64,000 nt of DNA, taken from assembly GCF_000315625.1 (NCBI RefSeq), contig NW_005434637.1:184671-248670 (forward strand), written 5' to 3'. The position numbers and the translations under genes are program-made. Shown here one piece after another: positions 43,719 through 56,960 of this stretch. A model generated the notes under the pieces. That model did not search any database, was not told where the DNA came from, and saw nothing but the letters and a program-made list of their open reading frames with translations. The DNA is from Guillardia theta CCMP2712. Taxonomy: Eukaryota; Protista; Cryptophyta. Numbering within the stretch: the stretch's first letter is position 1; the number at the start of each line of letters is the position of its first letter.

Positions 43719-46700
43719 ATGAAATCCTATCTGATATTCGGCGTTCTGCTCATCGTGAGCCAGGCGGTGAGGGGAGAGAGTCAGAGGATATCCGAGTTCC
43801 TTGAAGGGAGTGACGGATGGAGGATTTTCAATGCTCTCCCCGATGCGGGCGTTGCAGCAGGACAGGTCACGGTGAACAGCAACAATAACCCATCGTACCT
43901 GATCTTGTCCAACGATGTCGTGTTCCAACTGAATGCTATGAAGAACGTGAGCTCGAGCTTGGGACTGAACATGACGATCAAGATCCCTCAACTGTGCATG
44001 GCGGGCGACATCGACTGCAAAGTAATACTGACTCTCCTTGGGGAAAGATGCAGCATCAGTACGCAGCTTGCGGCGACTTCACAGGTCTCGTCGAGTCTGG
44101 TGGACTTGCTATGGTATGCGAGTGCGGGGAGGGATGTGGCAGCGTCTTCGTGGACCGTCTGCTCCATGCTCCTTGCTCCCTACGGCTACTGTACAGAGCA
44201 GGATGCTCCTTCTGCCATGAGGGCAGTAATGGGGACTCTGAGACAGGTAGTGCTTTCAGTGGAGGTCAGATGCCGATACCTCTGCGAATCGATGTCGTTC
44301 GACTTCAAGCTCGACAGTGTTGCTGTTGCTGCTCAGATCGAAGGGAACAGGATGAGCTCAACCAGGGATCGCTTTCCCAACATCGTCGGCCACCTTACGC
44401 TGACAAGTTTTCCTGCACTCTCAAGGTACGGAGGGAAAGAGGTAGCCGCGGCGATAGTGATGACACTGTATTCCAAGGTGCCGGGATGTGCGGATATCGT
44501 CGTGCATCTGGGACTCTTGCGATGCCAGTATGCAGCACTTGCTTGAAGCGAGCTGCGAAGGGCCGTACGGCATGACAGGAGCACATTGTTGGAGCCAGCC
44601 CTTCCTGATGCGTTACAGGTGACGTCTTGGAGATCTTTGACTTGTGTGTTGTCGTGTTGGTGTGATATGGTGGTGTGTTGCTGTCAGAACATCAGCTCTT
44701 ACATCAAGTCATGCCTGCTGCTATCTTTCTAGCCCTCCATCGCCACGCTTGCTCATACTACCTTGTGCAGACTGCAGATGGTTGGCTTCAAGCTCCAAGA
44801 AGCGACGCAGACAGACATTGGTTGCTTTCAGGGCTCATCTTGTGCGGACTGAGATGATGTTGTGGGAGATGTTTTGACTCTCTTGTCTTCTCAGGTATCG
44901 AGCAAATTCCTCTTGACGTCAGCAATGGAGTTGCGATCTCGGCAGAACCGATGAGGAGTGTGTGGTATTGGGCAGGTGAGCTGTTTGTTCGAAGTTGTTT
45001 GTGACATCAGAGGGTGTCTTCTTGCGTTTGAAATTTACAAGCGCATTCTCTGTATGTGTGTGATGATGATAACATCATTTCTTCTTGAAACCTTGGAATC
45101 ATTGTAACTTTCTCGGCAGCTCCCGCCAGTTGGTTGTTTGAGGAGCGATGTACAATCATTGGTTCTAGTACTCTGAGAGCAATGATTTGATTCATCGCAG
45201 ATGACGAGAATGGAAATGTCATGTACGAGGGGACATCGCTTCTCGATCGTGTGCTTCAAGTTTGTTGACGTCTTCACATGATTGCAAGGTTGACGGCGTG
45301 ATCAGGTTGAAATCTGCAACGAGCACGACCTCGTCTCGAGAAAGATTGAGAATCATACGGGAGATGTTGTTGTTGTCGGAAGAGATGGAAAATGCATCTC
45401 GTTTGACTATTCCGACACACCTGGTGAGGAAAATCAAACAGCAAGACTCGGGGAGAATGTGTTTGAAGGGAGAGATGAACGGGAAGAGAAAGACTTAGTA
45501 GAGAGATGGAAGGGGGTGCCGCAGGGACAAGGACGAGAAGCGAGACGAGGAAGAGGACGGGAACTTGGACGGGAAGGACGAGGACGAGGACCAGGAGAGG
45601 GACGGGAAGGACCAGGACCGGGAGAAGGACCAGGAGAAGGACGGGAAGGACAAGGACGAGGACCAGGAGAAGGACGGGAAGGACGAGGACGAGGAGCCGA
45701 AGAGGTTGGGGATGCTGACTGATTGCCATGAAGGTCCATCGATGCAGATCTTCTCGGTCCCGCTGGACGCGAGCGGGTCATGGTGGGACAGATCAAGAGC
45801 GTGTTGAGCTCTAAAGCAAGTGACAGGAAATCTTGTGGCAAGACAAGGACGGCAGCACCTTCTCCCGATGTCGTCAGGTATTGTTGTTGTTGTGCTCTCT
45901 ACAAGTTTTGATTGTGATACTTGCTCAGAGTCTTGGGGAACCCGAGCTGGATCTTCCTGAGAGGCGCTTTCTATGAGAGGAGGAGCAACGAGGACGAGGA
46001 TGTGAGATTTGATAGCGGGAAAGGTTTTCTGGTCGGGACAAGACTGGGATCTGTGGCTATCTTGGATTCTTTCATCAATGTATGCTTGCAATCACGAAAG
46101 ATGTTTTGCTGCAAACATCCTTGATTCGCTCGGCAGGTTAAGAATGTTTTCCCTCATCTGGGACCTAACTCAGGAGGGACGAGGGTTGTGATCGAAGGAG
46201 AGATCGCAAAGATGAACGCAAACCTGAAAGACTACAAATGCTCGTGGCAGTTTGCGGATAAGGTGAAAGAGAAATATTGACATATTTTTCTGTGCTAAGC
46301 GTCTTGACCTGCCTCGATTCCTGTCTTTTATTGCGTCTTTCTACATCTTGCATCGTTGCTTCATTGAAGTTTTCCTGCCAATCTATCTCTCAAACTTTCC
46401 CTCACTCTGACTGCTCCAGTTGTCGTCTACAAAATTTGCTCCTCTCACCATTGTCAACAACACATTCGCCACCTGTATCACTCCTTGGACTCGTCTGACA
46501 GGTTCTCAGTCTTTCTCCTCTATGTCTTTCTTTTCCATCCTTGTCGTTGACATTGTTCCCCACATTTCACCTTCCTCTTCTCTTCATCTCATCATCTCAA
46601 CCGCCTTCACTTCTTTCATCCCCCCTTCATTGCAGGTGTGAGTAAATTCGCAATCTCGAGCCTGATCAACAACCTCCCGTACTTTGTGAGCCCAATTGTC

Positions 46701-49445
46701 GATCTTGTTTGCGAACTTTGACATGCACACTGACAGGTCACTATACTCCCTGATTTCACCTTCTACACTCAACCTCTCCTTTTCGCCATTCAACCACAAC
46801 AGGTCCGGCTGGAAACACCTTTGAAACTCACCATCACTTCCTCGAATCCTCTTTCACACTCATTACCATCACTCTCAGGTGGAATCTTCCCTCTCTGCAA
46901 ACATAACGCTGCTGGGACGTGGATTCCTGACGTCTTCGTCGGCCCTCTGTCAGTTTGAAGTCACATGTCAAGTGGACCAACAGTCTTTCATGCCGTACCG
47001 TCTGACAAGTCCAGCAACCTTTGAACCACGGATAGATCGATGGAGCCAGACTCTCCCGCAGGACGTGGATCCTTCAGAGCTCTCCTTGTACATTTGCATC
47101 CTCCCTCTCCCTCTTCCTCTGCCCTCCTCTCTCGCTTCTCCTCCTCCCTCCACTCCCTCCTCTCCCTCCACTCCCGCTTCATTTCCCTGCAACGGCTCTG
47201 CCATCGTGTCCCTCGCCATGAACGGCGCTGATTTCTTCCTGTCTGCCGCGGATTGCCCGCTCGACGGCCATGCGGGGACTGGTTGCCTGGTTCGGCTCTA
47301 CACCGACAGGTCGAGGAGCCAACTCGCTCCTGCACAGTCAGGTGGCTCCTGAAGTTTGAAACAGACGAGAAGACTGTGACATGTTGTGTTAGGAACATCT
47401 GCTGATGTTGCTGGGTGGGTCATGGCAGGCCTCCTTGGCTACATCTTGCTGGGGAGAATGACCGTCCATCTGTTTGTTCATCGTCGTCAGGTTGGTCCTT
47501 TTGCGAGTTCTCCTCGATGAGAGTAGGAGAAGCGACGCGTGAGAGACGCTCTGTTGAAGATGTTAAGGATCTTGTTGCATCCCGCTTGACAAACCAGACC
47601 TCCTCTTCTCTCATCCTCTTCTCTCATCTTCCGGCATTCTGAGAATTTGTCTGACAATGTGAACTGCAGCATCGCGTGAAAGTTGGAGCAGCGGAACCAT
47701 ACAGCTTGCTAGAAGCTTATGTACGTGTCTACAAACCGAGAAATGATGATGATGAGAAGGAGGAAGAGGAGGAGGAGGAGGAGAAGGAGATAGTTGTGAT
47801 GGAGTTTTGGAGTAAGACAGCAGGCAGGATGTAATGATGACAACGACGTGGAGATGAAGCTGGGATTTGGGGGGAACATGAGAAGGAGGGTCAAGCGAAT
47901 GATTCACGTTGTCTTTTAATCTTTAGGTCCTCTGGCTCTTCTTTGGTATTCTAGGAGCACACAGGTTCTATACTCACCTTCCTCCTCTCGTCTCCCTCCT
48001 TCCTTCTCTTTCCCCCACTCGTTTCCCCCAATCTTGTTGTCCTCCCTCCCTCCCCCTCCCTACCTTGTTGTCCTCCCTCCCTCCCCATCACTTCCTCGTC
48101 CTCGTATCCTTGTCCTCGGCTCTACCCTGCCTGATGCTTCACTTGGCATCAGAGAGTACTGTGGAGACTTTCGCCTCCACGTCATCATGTTTGCCTGCAC
48201 GGGTGGAGGAGGAGGCTTCCTGCTGATCCGCGACCTTCTCACTCTCCCCAAGAAGATCGAGACATGCAACAGGTGACGGAAGAGGGTCGAGTCCGAGCAT
48301 GCCAACCTTGTGGACAGGAGGAGAGACACGGCAGGCAACGTCAACACGCATGAGATACTCATGGCATGCGAACTTGCTTCCTGTTCCTCAGGCTGAGCTT
48401 CCTCTAGGACGACAAGAGCACCTGCTCTCTCCATGGAAGCTACGTCCCTCCTTCCGTCGAGTCAGAGCAAGGCAAGGCAGCGAGCATCCCTTGGTGCTGC
48501 TGCCAGCCATGAACATGACTGAGTCGCAGAGTTGGGTGGCATCGAGCTTGCAACTCGAGGAGGAGGAGGGAGGCGGAGAAGCTCTGCGCGCAAGGGATCG
48601 CTCGTTGACTGGGTCAAGGGCTCTCAAAGAGGAACAGAAGTTGAGCTGGCGAATTTGACGGACAGCGCGCAGGAGGTGCACGAAGGAGGGGAGGAGTGGG
48701 AGGTGCATGAGCCTCCGGTAAAGAGGAAGGAGGAGGAGGAGGAGGAGGAGGCAGGAGCAGCATGATATTGTAACTCTAATTTATTCACTCGTCTCCATCT
48801 TGACAACAGGAGCGCTAGTCTGCTCCTCTCCTGACTTTGCCGCATCATTCCCTTCCACTGCAAGGTCAGAGGGGACAGGAGGCCAGCATCATTCTTACCC
48901 GCTGCTTCCGGCACGCTCTTGTCTCCCGCTCCATCTGCAACGGCAACTGTCATCGCAGAGGACGGCAAGAAAGATCGCGGACCCATCTCTTCAGCCTTCA
49001 CCAGAGGCTGCGCTGCGAGCTCGGGACGAGGTCGGGGCAACCACAACTCGCAGGAGGCGAGGCTTTCACCCTGTCCGCTCCGATCGCACACATCCACCAT
49101 GGCGCACTGGACGTGCCCAAGGAGGTCCTTGACCCGAGCCCGCTCCTCCCGGATGGCATTCCCGGCCTGCACGGGCAGCGCATCAGCAAGGGAGCGGGAG
49201 GAGAATAGTCACCTCTTTGTTTTCACGTATGAGCTCTTCCAGCACAGCCAGCTGCTCCTGCTCTCCTACATCGTCGGCTGGCAGTGTTCCAAGAAGCTGC
49301 TCCACCTTGCATGCCCTTAGCCTCTTCCCGCCTCCCTCCCTCGGTCACCTGGACGTTGAGCGCTACGATGGCATGCGCGCTGTTTTGGCACGTTCAAGAA
49401 GACTTTCCTTCGTCTCCTCGAACGGCGGCTTGCTCGGCGCCTCGT
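43719..49445 (+). CDS. large secreted multi-exon protein, probably with IPT/TIG-like domains (3' end uncertain)
   Basis: Signal peptide MKSYLIFGVLLIVSQAVRG; exons NITLLGRGF..ALCQF, AIVSLAMNGADF and ALVCSSPDF resemble IPT/TIG segments. Confidence 0.5.
45525..45700. repeat. GGA-rich minisatellite (GGACCAGGAGAAGGACGGGAA-like units)
   Basis: Imperfect tandem units, probably intronic. Confidence 0.75.
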
Positions 49446-50539
49446 GAACTTCCTCCCCAGATAGCGCTTCAGGTGGAGCACAGAGCTGAAAGTACCTGAA
49501 GCGGAGGAACGAAGGTTACGGAGGGCGAGGCAGCGAAGGTTGTGGGAGACGGAGACGGAGACGGAGAGGGGGAGGGGGAGGGGGAGGTAGTGAGGGGAGG
49601 GGAGGGAGGCAGGAGGAAAGCAGTCACCTTGCTTCATGTGCAAATCTGTGTGTGATGTCGTTGAGTTTCTCTTGCAGCTGGTTGTACACGTCCATGATAT
49701 GCGACAAACTCTAGGAGCTAGGAGTGAATTTCTGTCAACGCGAAGCAGCAGCAGGGCTTTGTCAATGCTCCATGGTGATTCAACCTGAGACAGGGAGTTA
49801 AGACAAAGAGTGACGATGAAAATGGATGGAGCGATTTCAAGCAATCTAGGAATAAGTTGTTGGGAAGCCGAATGTTGTTCGTATCGGACACCATCATATC
49901 AACAAACTTCTCGCTGTCCACACGGCCAAAGAGACTGAGGTTGTTCGATCGAAAACGAATTATTTCCCTTTTAAGTAGACACCTACTTTCCTAGTGCTCA
50001 TTGTTCCTTTTCTACATTTATGACCCATATCCCCAATCTATTCTAATGATACCATCATTGCCATCTTGGCTTCTTCCATTAATTCTACTTGATCCTCCAC
50101 GTTCCCATGGTTCAATCTACATCTCCTCCCTCAAGCTCTCTCCTTACCCGTCCTCCTGACCACTCCTCATCATCGGTCATTTTACACTTCCACAGTATCA
50201 AGTTGCCCTATCTGCTATTCCATCCGTGATATCCCTCATCTTTCCCTGGACACTACTCTGCCTCTACCATCGCCGTCGGTCTCTCTCGAATTTCCCACCC
50301 TCTCCCCGTCCTCCTCTCCCTCACCTCCTCACCTCCTCACCTTCTCCCCTTCTCCCCTTCTCCTCCCATGTTTCTCCCCGTCTCTCTGCTCTCCTCTCCT
50401 TCATCCTTGCCCTTCCTTCACTCTCATTCTCCCTCCTCATTCTCCCTCGCCCTCGCAATTCTGCATAACCCCCTCTCTCCCCGCCCTTCTTGAACAGTTA
50501 CACATCGTGATGGAGCCGTTACATCCCGGCACTCATCAG

Positions 50540-50830
50540 GGAAATTTGATTGCCGGGTCACTACCGTACCGTAGTACGGTACCGTACTGCCGGGCCGCCC
50601 GGCCGCGGCCCGGCCGCCGGGCAAGTCCGACTGAGCCTCGGAGTTGCGCACGGCGGCCCACCGTCGTGCCGGGCCGGGTTCAATGTGCTCAGACTAGTGA
50701 CTGAGTCGGCCCAGAGTGGCAACTGGAAGAGAACTTCAACCGGAGCGCGGCCGGGCCGCCCGGCTGTGGCCGCATCGCCGGGATATCCTACCGTGACTGA
50801 TACCGTACCATAGACGGTCCGATCATCGCC
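50540..50830. other. GC-rich CCGG/GTAC island
   Basis: Same word composition; includes the inverted repeat TACCGTACCGTAGTACGGTA. Confidence 0.75.
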
Positions 50831-50964
50831 ACTGGCCCTTTCCGATCACAGAACTTGGAAGCTGAGCCTGCTTCACATTGTAACATGTCAACATTATTTA
50901 CTAAATGCCTCAGTCATGCGGATCGTCCCACCAAAAACCGTGACTGCCAGGCACTGTTTGTGAT

Positions 50965-51986
50965 TCAGCACGGCAGAATGATGTTAATGGCACAAATTTG
51001 ACAGCCTACTTCACAAAATTCCTGAACCATTGGGAAATAAACATCATTGTCTTCAGTCTCTCCTGTGTAGTCTTTGGGACTCTGGATATTGACGTTGCTT
51101 TCTGCCTCCGGCCATTCTGCCTTCGCTTCACAAAGTTGGATGCGGTGACTCGGGTTAGTGTTCTCCTCATGAGCAGTTCTTTGGCATGTCCCTTGGTTCA
51201 GTGTTGTGTATTCCGACGCGCAATGCTGTCTGTGATTCTGGCAGTGACGGTCCGATTTGGGTATCGAGGATGATGATGGTAGGAATGAACGATCCTGGTC
51301 CTGACCTTGCTCACATCCAGAATCACAATCAGAGTTCATTCCGATTTCCGACGACTTCGAAGCCAAGGCTTGCACGCATACCTCTTCCCATGCATCGTGA
51401 AAGCGCTGGCACACGAGCAGTAATTTTGCCTTTAGCGTCGAAGGTTCTTGCAAAGGAAAGAAGCCTTTCAGAGTTTCCCATCCTGCATCTAGCAGCTTCA
51501 AATCATTGCAATCTCGAGGATTCAGCCATCGCTTGCCCACAAAGAAATATTTGATTCCTACTCAAAATCAGTTTTCAGAAGACAAGAACAATCCAACGAG
51601 ACACCTGGAGCATGTTTGCTCTGGGAATTTTCAACATCCTCTAAGAATGGGCTTCTTGATCTTGCCTTTGGGAAACCATTCTGCTCCAGACACTTGTTGT
51701 ATTCCACCACCGTGAGGCCTCTCCTGCCCACTTGGTTGCATTCATTCCTTATGGCTGATGGCATGAATAGAGACAGCGCCTTGAAGAGAGACAACTTCCC
51801 GGTTCGGTCAACAGTGCAGGACGATCGAAACTTGCTCTCGTCATGCACGTCTGCCGTCACCTGTACAACAGAGCATGGTGAGCTCGGCAAAGAGATTCAG
51901 CTATAAGCTTGCAATCAGGCACTTACAGCTCGAGCAAACAGGATCCCGAGGCTCTTGTTTGCGTAGGAAGCTCTTGCCCGTCCCAT
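50965..51986 (-). CDS. multi-exon hypothetical protein
   Basis: ATG 51986 (MGRARASYANKSLG) and coding-like ORFs 51558-51890 and 50965-51540. Confidence 0.5.
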
Positions 51987-52224
51987 TGCGCAGTCTTTGC
52001 GGCTCCCGTTGAAAAAGTTGGTAGACGAACTTACCACAGACGGAAGTCACCCTTCTGTTTACTTCCGACGTAATAAGTAAAGTTTGTATTGGTTTGGCCC
52101 CGGACCTACTAGGCTGGTCACTGATACACCGTCAAGATATGCAGCTGATGCCGTGATATCTACAACTTTAGATATCAACTTGCTTTTTTACTCATGGGTG
52201 ATGACTGAAGCTTTGTATCCGAGC

Positions 52225-52680
52225 GGATTACCGGGCCGGGGCCTGATAATCTCATTCACCCTGACCCGTTCAACGGTTGGCAGGCCGCCATGGTTCAACC
52301 GGGTCGGACTCGGGCCCCGCCGGGTCGGACTCCGGGGCACCGCGGTGTCGGACTCCCGGAGGGGCCGCTCTCCGCCGGGCGCCCGGGCGGGCAACCGTCA
52401 CCGTGACGGTGACTTGAACCGGGTCGGACCGGTGAGTACGGTCACCCGGGGCCGGGCTGTGCCAACCGTCGGGGGGGCGGCGCCTGGCCCCGTGGCGGCC
52501 GGGCGGGTGGCCACTGGCCGGTCCTCAGTGCAGTGCCACGGTGCGACCAGCCCGGCCCCGGGGTCACGGGGCAGCCCGGCCCGCCGGGAGGGGGCCCGGC
52601 ACGGGGGGGGCGCGGGGCGGCCCGCCGGTCCTACGGTGACCGTCCGACGGTCTCGGACCGGGCCGTGCAGGCAAATTACT
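52225..52680. other. GC-rich CCGG/GGCC/GTCAC island between divergent genes
   Basis: Same word composition. Confidence 0.8.
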
Positions 52681-52684
52681 GTCA

Positions 52685-52727
52685 CTCTGAGTCTTTACTC
52701 AAAGTTAAGTTAAAAACCCTCTGAGTC
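52685..52727 (+). repeat. 22-bp box, copy 6, flanked by a 9-bp direct repeat
   Basis: CTCTGAGTC-TTTACTCAAAGTTAAGTTAAAAACC-CTCTGAGTC. Confidence 0.9.
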
Positions 52728-52992
52728 AGCTGTTGCTGTCACCTGAGGCAGACCTGAAGTTTGCTTCGATTTGTTGGGATTGGGTGGGGTAGTGTGCCAT
52801 GGTATGGTGGGGAAGTGGAGACAATAGGGTCAGGGGGGTTGTTAGTAGGGTTTGGATGATAAGCAGTGGGACGAGAAAATAAGGTGAGGTGAGGTGGGGT
52901 GTGCAGGCACTACAGCCAAGGGGGTGGAAATGAAGGGGTGGGGTGCTATATACCTGAAGCGAAAGCTGCCGAGGGTTGTGACTCCAGGCGCC

Positions 52993-53289
52993 ATGGCAAC
53001 GGTGATCTTTCCTGATGGCACTATAGCGGTAGCAGTAAGCGAACATGCAATGGGAGCTGCAAAAGATCAAGAGCGAACCCAGCAAAGTTTGAATGCTAAG
53101 GTGCCAGAACCCTCGATAACTTACTCTTTGGAGTCTGTTGATGCGATTCATTGTGAACCGATATCAGTTGGATCAATTACATGCGAAAGCATGACAGTCC
53201 CAACAATTCATGTGGAGAGCATTATATCAACCGATGTCAGATCGACCGATGTGAGATCTGAGGTGGTCAGAAGTATCAGAAGTGATTAA
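52993..53289 (+). CDS. small intronless protein with C-terminal 5-residue repeats
   Basis: GCCATGG start context, CTATATA ~45 bp upstream; IHCEP ISVGS ITCES MTVPT IHVES IISTD VRSTD VRSEV. Confidence 0.65.
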   Translation: MATVIFPDGTIAVAVSEHAMGAAKDQERTQQSLNAKVPEPSITYSLESVDAIHCEPISVGSITCESMTVPTIHVESIISTDVRSTDVRSEVVRSIRSD

Positions 53290-53480
53290 TGCTTGAACTA
53301 TAAGAATGGCCTGCATCGCACGGCCTACAGCGCTTGCATTTGATGTAAATTTTGCAAAATACATGTCTTTTTACTGTGGCACGTGTCATACAGACTGTTT
53401 GATAAGAGGATGATTAGATATTCGAAGAGAATGTGGTGTGAAACAAATAAAACAAACTTGACGATCATATCAACCTGCTT

Positions 53481-55231
53481 TTACTTCCACATGTCAACCG
53501 AGCCATCTTGTCGAGCTACAAGCAGGCAAGAAGCCTTTTGAAGTTGAGGTCAGATTCTTTGGTTCACAAAACTGCAAAGTTCATACCTTCTCCGAAAATG
53601 CCAGCGAGGAGATGGGAGAATTCTTCTCACTGTGAACGGGGATGGTCAGAGGAAAGATGGTGAACAAGTTAGAAATACTGCAGGCCAAATAGCGCCACCA
53701 TAGATGCATTCTGTCCATTCCAAAGCCCAATCACGCCATTCGTGCAAGCTATTGCAGTGTAAATGCCATCACATGACATTGATACTGCCTTGGTATTGAC
53801 TGCTTTGTATGATTCTGCCTTCTAGATTATCATTAGTTAAGGAATAACCAAATGTTGCAATGCTTACTTCTCCCAATCCGTTCGGTTGATATAGAAGGAA
53901 GTTCCTCAATATTTCAATGACTCCAGTGCCTTTTTGGAGCCTCAATACAATGCATATCGTGGGTTGGTTTCGATTTGATTCTTCACACGTATCCAAGGTG
54001 AATTTAGATAATTGTGAAACCCAAGCCGCAGATTCGCGGCTGTGAAGTCCGTCTTTACTGTCCCTCTTGTAACCTCTGCAGCGCGAGCAATCCAGGCTGA
54101 TTGACATGAAGACGTCATTTTCCTGTTCTGGGTTCTGAGTCGCAGAGTTTTCTCGAAAGATGAAGCTCGGTAACAATTCGACAGTCTGGAAATCAGAAAG
54201 CGGATTGCATATCTGAGTTTTCGGTATGCAGTGTAACAGTTGTCTTGCAACAAAGTCCCAAAGGATGATCTGATGATGCATATTACACAAAAACGATAAT
54301 GCGAAGGTCGTACTCACCGCATTGTCAAACATCCCGCATGCCAAGGAGTTCACTTGTCTATTGGCCGCAAGGTGTTTCAGTTTCCCAAATCCATGGGCAG
54401 GTGGTAATACATGGCATGCAATTTGCTCCATTTCCATGGGTTTTGACGAATCATTCTCAAGAGTCTCCTCATGTTTCGCCCTCTTTGCCGTCTGCGATAT
54501 CACACACCTGGAATCTTCCGAACAGACCCGGAAACGATACTCCAACAATACAATATTTCCCTCTGGTTCTGACGCCAGAAAGCATAGGTTTTCCGTGCTG
54601 CTCAGGGATTCCACTATGCATATGCCACCTACTTGTTGCCACATCTGAACAGCAATGGGAAGCTCAAGATCAATCAAATCATCGCAGAGTGATACATATG
54701 AAGTGGAGGAAGATGATTTCTTTCGAATGATAATGGCCTTTACAAAAATATTAGGCTCCACCTGGGACAAGATACCATTTTTGCCCTTGCGCTTTGGCTT
54801 TCCTCGGAAATTTCCTGTGAGCAGCACAAACCCATTCGAGAAATCCATGTGAGCAAAGGAGAACCGAATTTGGTTTGGATGCATGGCGTGTTCAGAAATC
54901 TTCTCCATGTCTTTTTTCGTGTCATTTAGATACCATACTTGCACGGATTCCTTTGTGCAACATGCAAACAATAACGACGAGTACGGATCGATCTTGATGT
55001 GCAATGAGTTCTTACCGGGCAATTGAAGTGCTCTCGTGGTCTTCGTAAGGGGATTTCCCTTCGAGATTCTTCTGCTCATCATTTCAAATCAATCTCTCAG
55101 TTGAATTATACCCTCTTCCTCTTTGTTCGGATCGCTGCATCTTTGCATGACTCGTTGCTGCATTCATCATTGTGCGGCGAAGTTCGGAATGAAATGTTGG
55201 CGGGAAAGTGACCACGAGGGGTACGTTGCAT
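53481..55231 (-). CDS. WD40 beta-propeller protein, PALB2 C-terminal domain-like (multi-exon)
   Basis: Blade-like segments KESVQVWYL, DNAIILWDFVARQLL, AIACTNGVIGLWN and terminal LLVARQDGSVDMWK*. Confidence 0.6.
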
Positions 55232-55699
55232 GTTGATAGTGGGGGTGGGGGTTGAATATTGTCGAATCCGGTCCTTTCATGTTACAATGAGGGGGTGAGG
55301 GTACTGTTGATTCACACGGGTATTTTTTTGCACTACAGTGGGGGTAGGGTATTGGTTTATTTCGGGCATGCTACAAAAATTCTCCGCAATGCTGAAAGAA
55401 GTAGAGGGCGAGATGGTAGGAGACAGCATGAAAGCGAGGTTTGATGTAAAGGCTTAATGAACAAGAGTTGTCTGCTGAAAGTCAGGCGCGAAATATGAAT
55501 TCTGCAACGAGAAAGACGGGAGAATGATCAGATTGTTGCCCGTGTTATGATTCTTTACTAGTGAATATTTGTAGAACATCCCTGACTATGAGACCAGTTT
55601 GTAAACCGCAAACATTGTGCTTCGTTTTGATGTATGTGAGAATGTTTTTTCAATAATCTGTTGTATTGTAAGTGATGCGAATGTTTATCGACAAAGAAT

Positions 55700-56168
55700 G
55701 CTAGCTTTTGCAAATGACCTTTCCTGAAAAGGACTTTGCAAATTGATGCTTTTCCATCACGGCATTATGTACGACAAGTAACTGATGGAACGATGCAGAT
55801 TGACCATGTACAACTCTATCGTAAATGTCGTGCACATGGAAGAACTCTTCGCAAATTATGGCAAGAAGAAGCAGCCGGTTAAGATGAACACTGTCCCGGA
55901 TTTTAAGGATGCCATCCAGAATCCAGAGGAGGCGATGGCGCAAGTCTTGGCTATGGTATTTTCCTTACCCGTTTCATCCGCGCTTGATACCTTATACTTC
56001 TGCTTGATGTTTTCCCTCTTGCGTTCCTGTTCGAGTCTACCAACGATCCCCATATGATGCTAATGTGACTCTGAGATATTCCTTTACAGTCTGCCAAGCA
56101 CAAGACTGTCGGGAGGTTCGATCATGGCTACGATGCACACAGCAGCAAGCCGTTGTCACCATGGTAAA
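55700..56168 (+). CDS. small multi-exon hypothetical protein
   Basis: Coding-like exon EELFANYGKKKQPVKMNTVPDFKDAIQNPEEAMAQVLAM|gt. Confidence 0.3.
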
Positions 56169-56389
56169 ATGTGCTTTCAGCAAGCCGGGGGAAACGTCCG
56201 CTTGGTCGAGACGAGCTTTAGTGGTCACGCCGGTGTCGACGGTCACTAGTACGGTCAAACGGTTCAGAAAGTTCTCTTCAGGGCGCCAAGTCGCAGGAAC
56301 TGTAGATACAATTGCATGATATTTCATTCCACTACATACATTTATTCTTCCTTTGCATGCAGTGCAGTTCCACATGATTTTGGCCAGTG

Positions 56390-56960
56390 CTGCCAGGCGT
56401 GCTGCCCCGGCCCGCCGCCGGTGACCGTCACTGCGGCGCGGCCCTGGCACCCGGGCGACCCGGCGGCGGCCGTGCGGCCGGGCCAGGCTGAGCGGGAGTC
56501 TACCGAGGAATTCGAGCCCGACTCGACTCACGCCGAAGATCGGGGTTCGGCGTCCGATCATCGGCGGTCACCAGACTCTCGTGACCGTGACGGGGGCCGT
56601 GAACGAGGACGAGGCTGACTCCGGGAGTACCGTCACGGTAGCCCGGCCGCCGGGCTGACCCGGTGCGGCCCGGCCCGGGGCCCGCCGCACTGCCACAGTG
56701 CAGTCCGAGCGCGGCGCGGCCCGCGGCCCCGGGGCCGCCGGGCCGCAGTAGCGGGCCTACTAGCCGGTCCGAGGGCCCGTCCGGCCCGGCGCCGGGCCCG
56801 GGGGCCCGGACTCCGGGAGGCCCCGGTCGGACCGGGCTGATGAGAGTCGCCGCCGGTGTCCGCTGCCAGTGACTCGCTGCCACGGACTCGCCAGTGACCG
56901 TGACGGTTGAGCCCCGGGCCCGGCCGGCCCGGCCCCCGGGTATCAGTGGTCGGATAGTCA
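56390..56960. other. GC-rich CCGG/GGCC/CAGT island
   Basis: Same word composition. Confidence 0.8.

Noticed and set aside
52993-53289. Ejectisin/Reb (R-body) identity for the small repeat protein
   Set aside because: No recognisable RebB-like sequence
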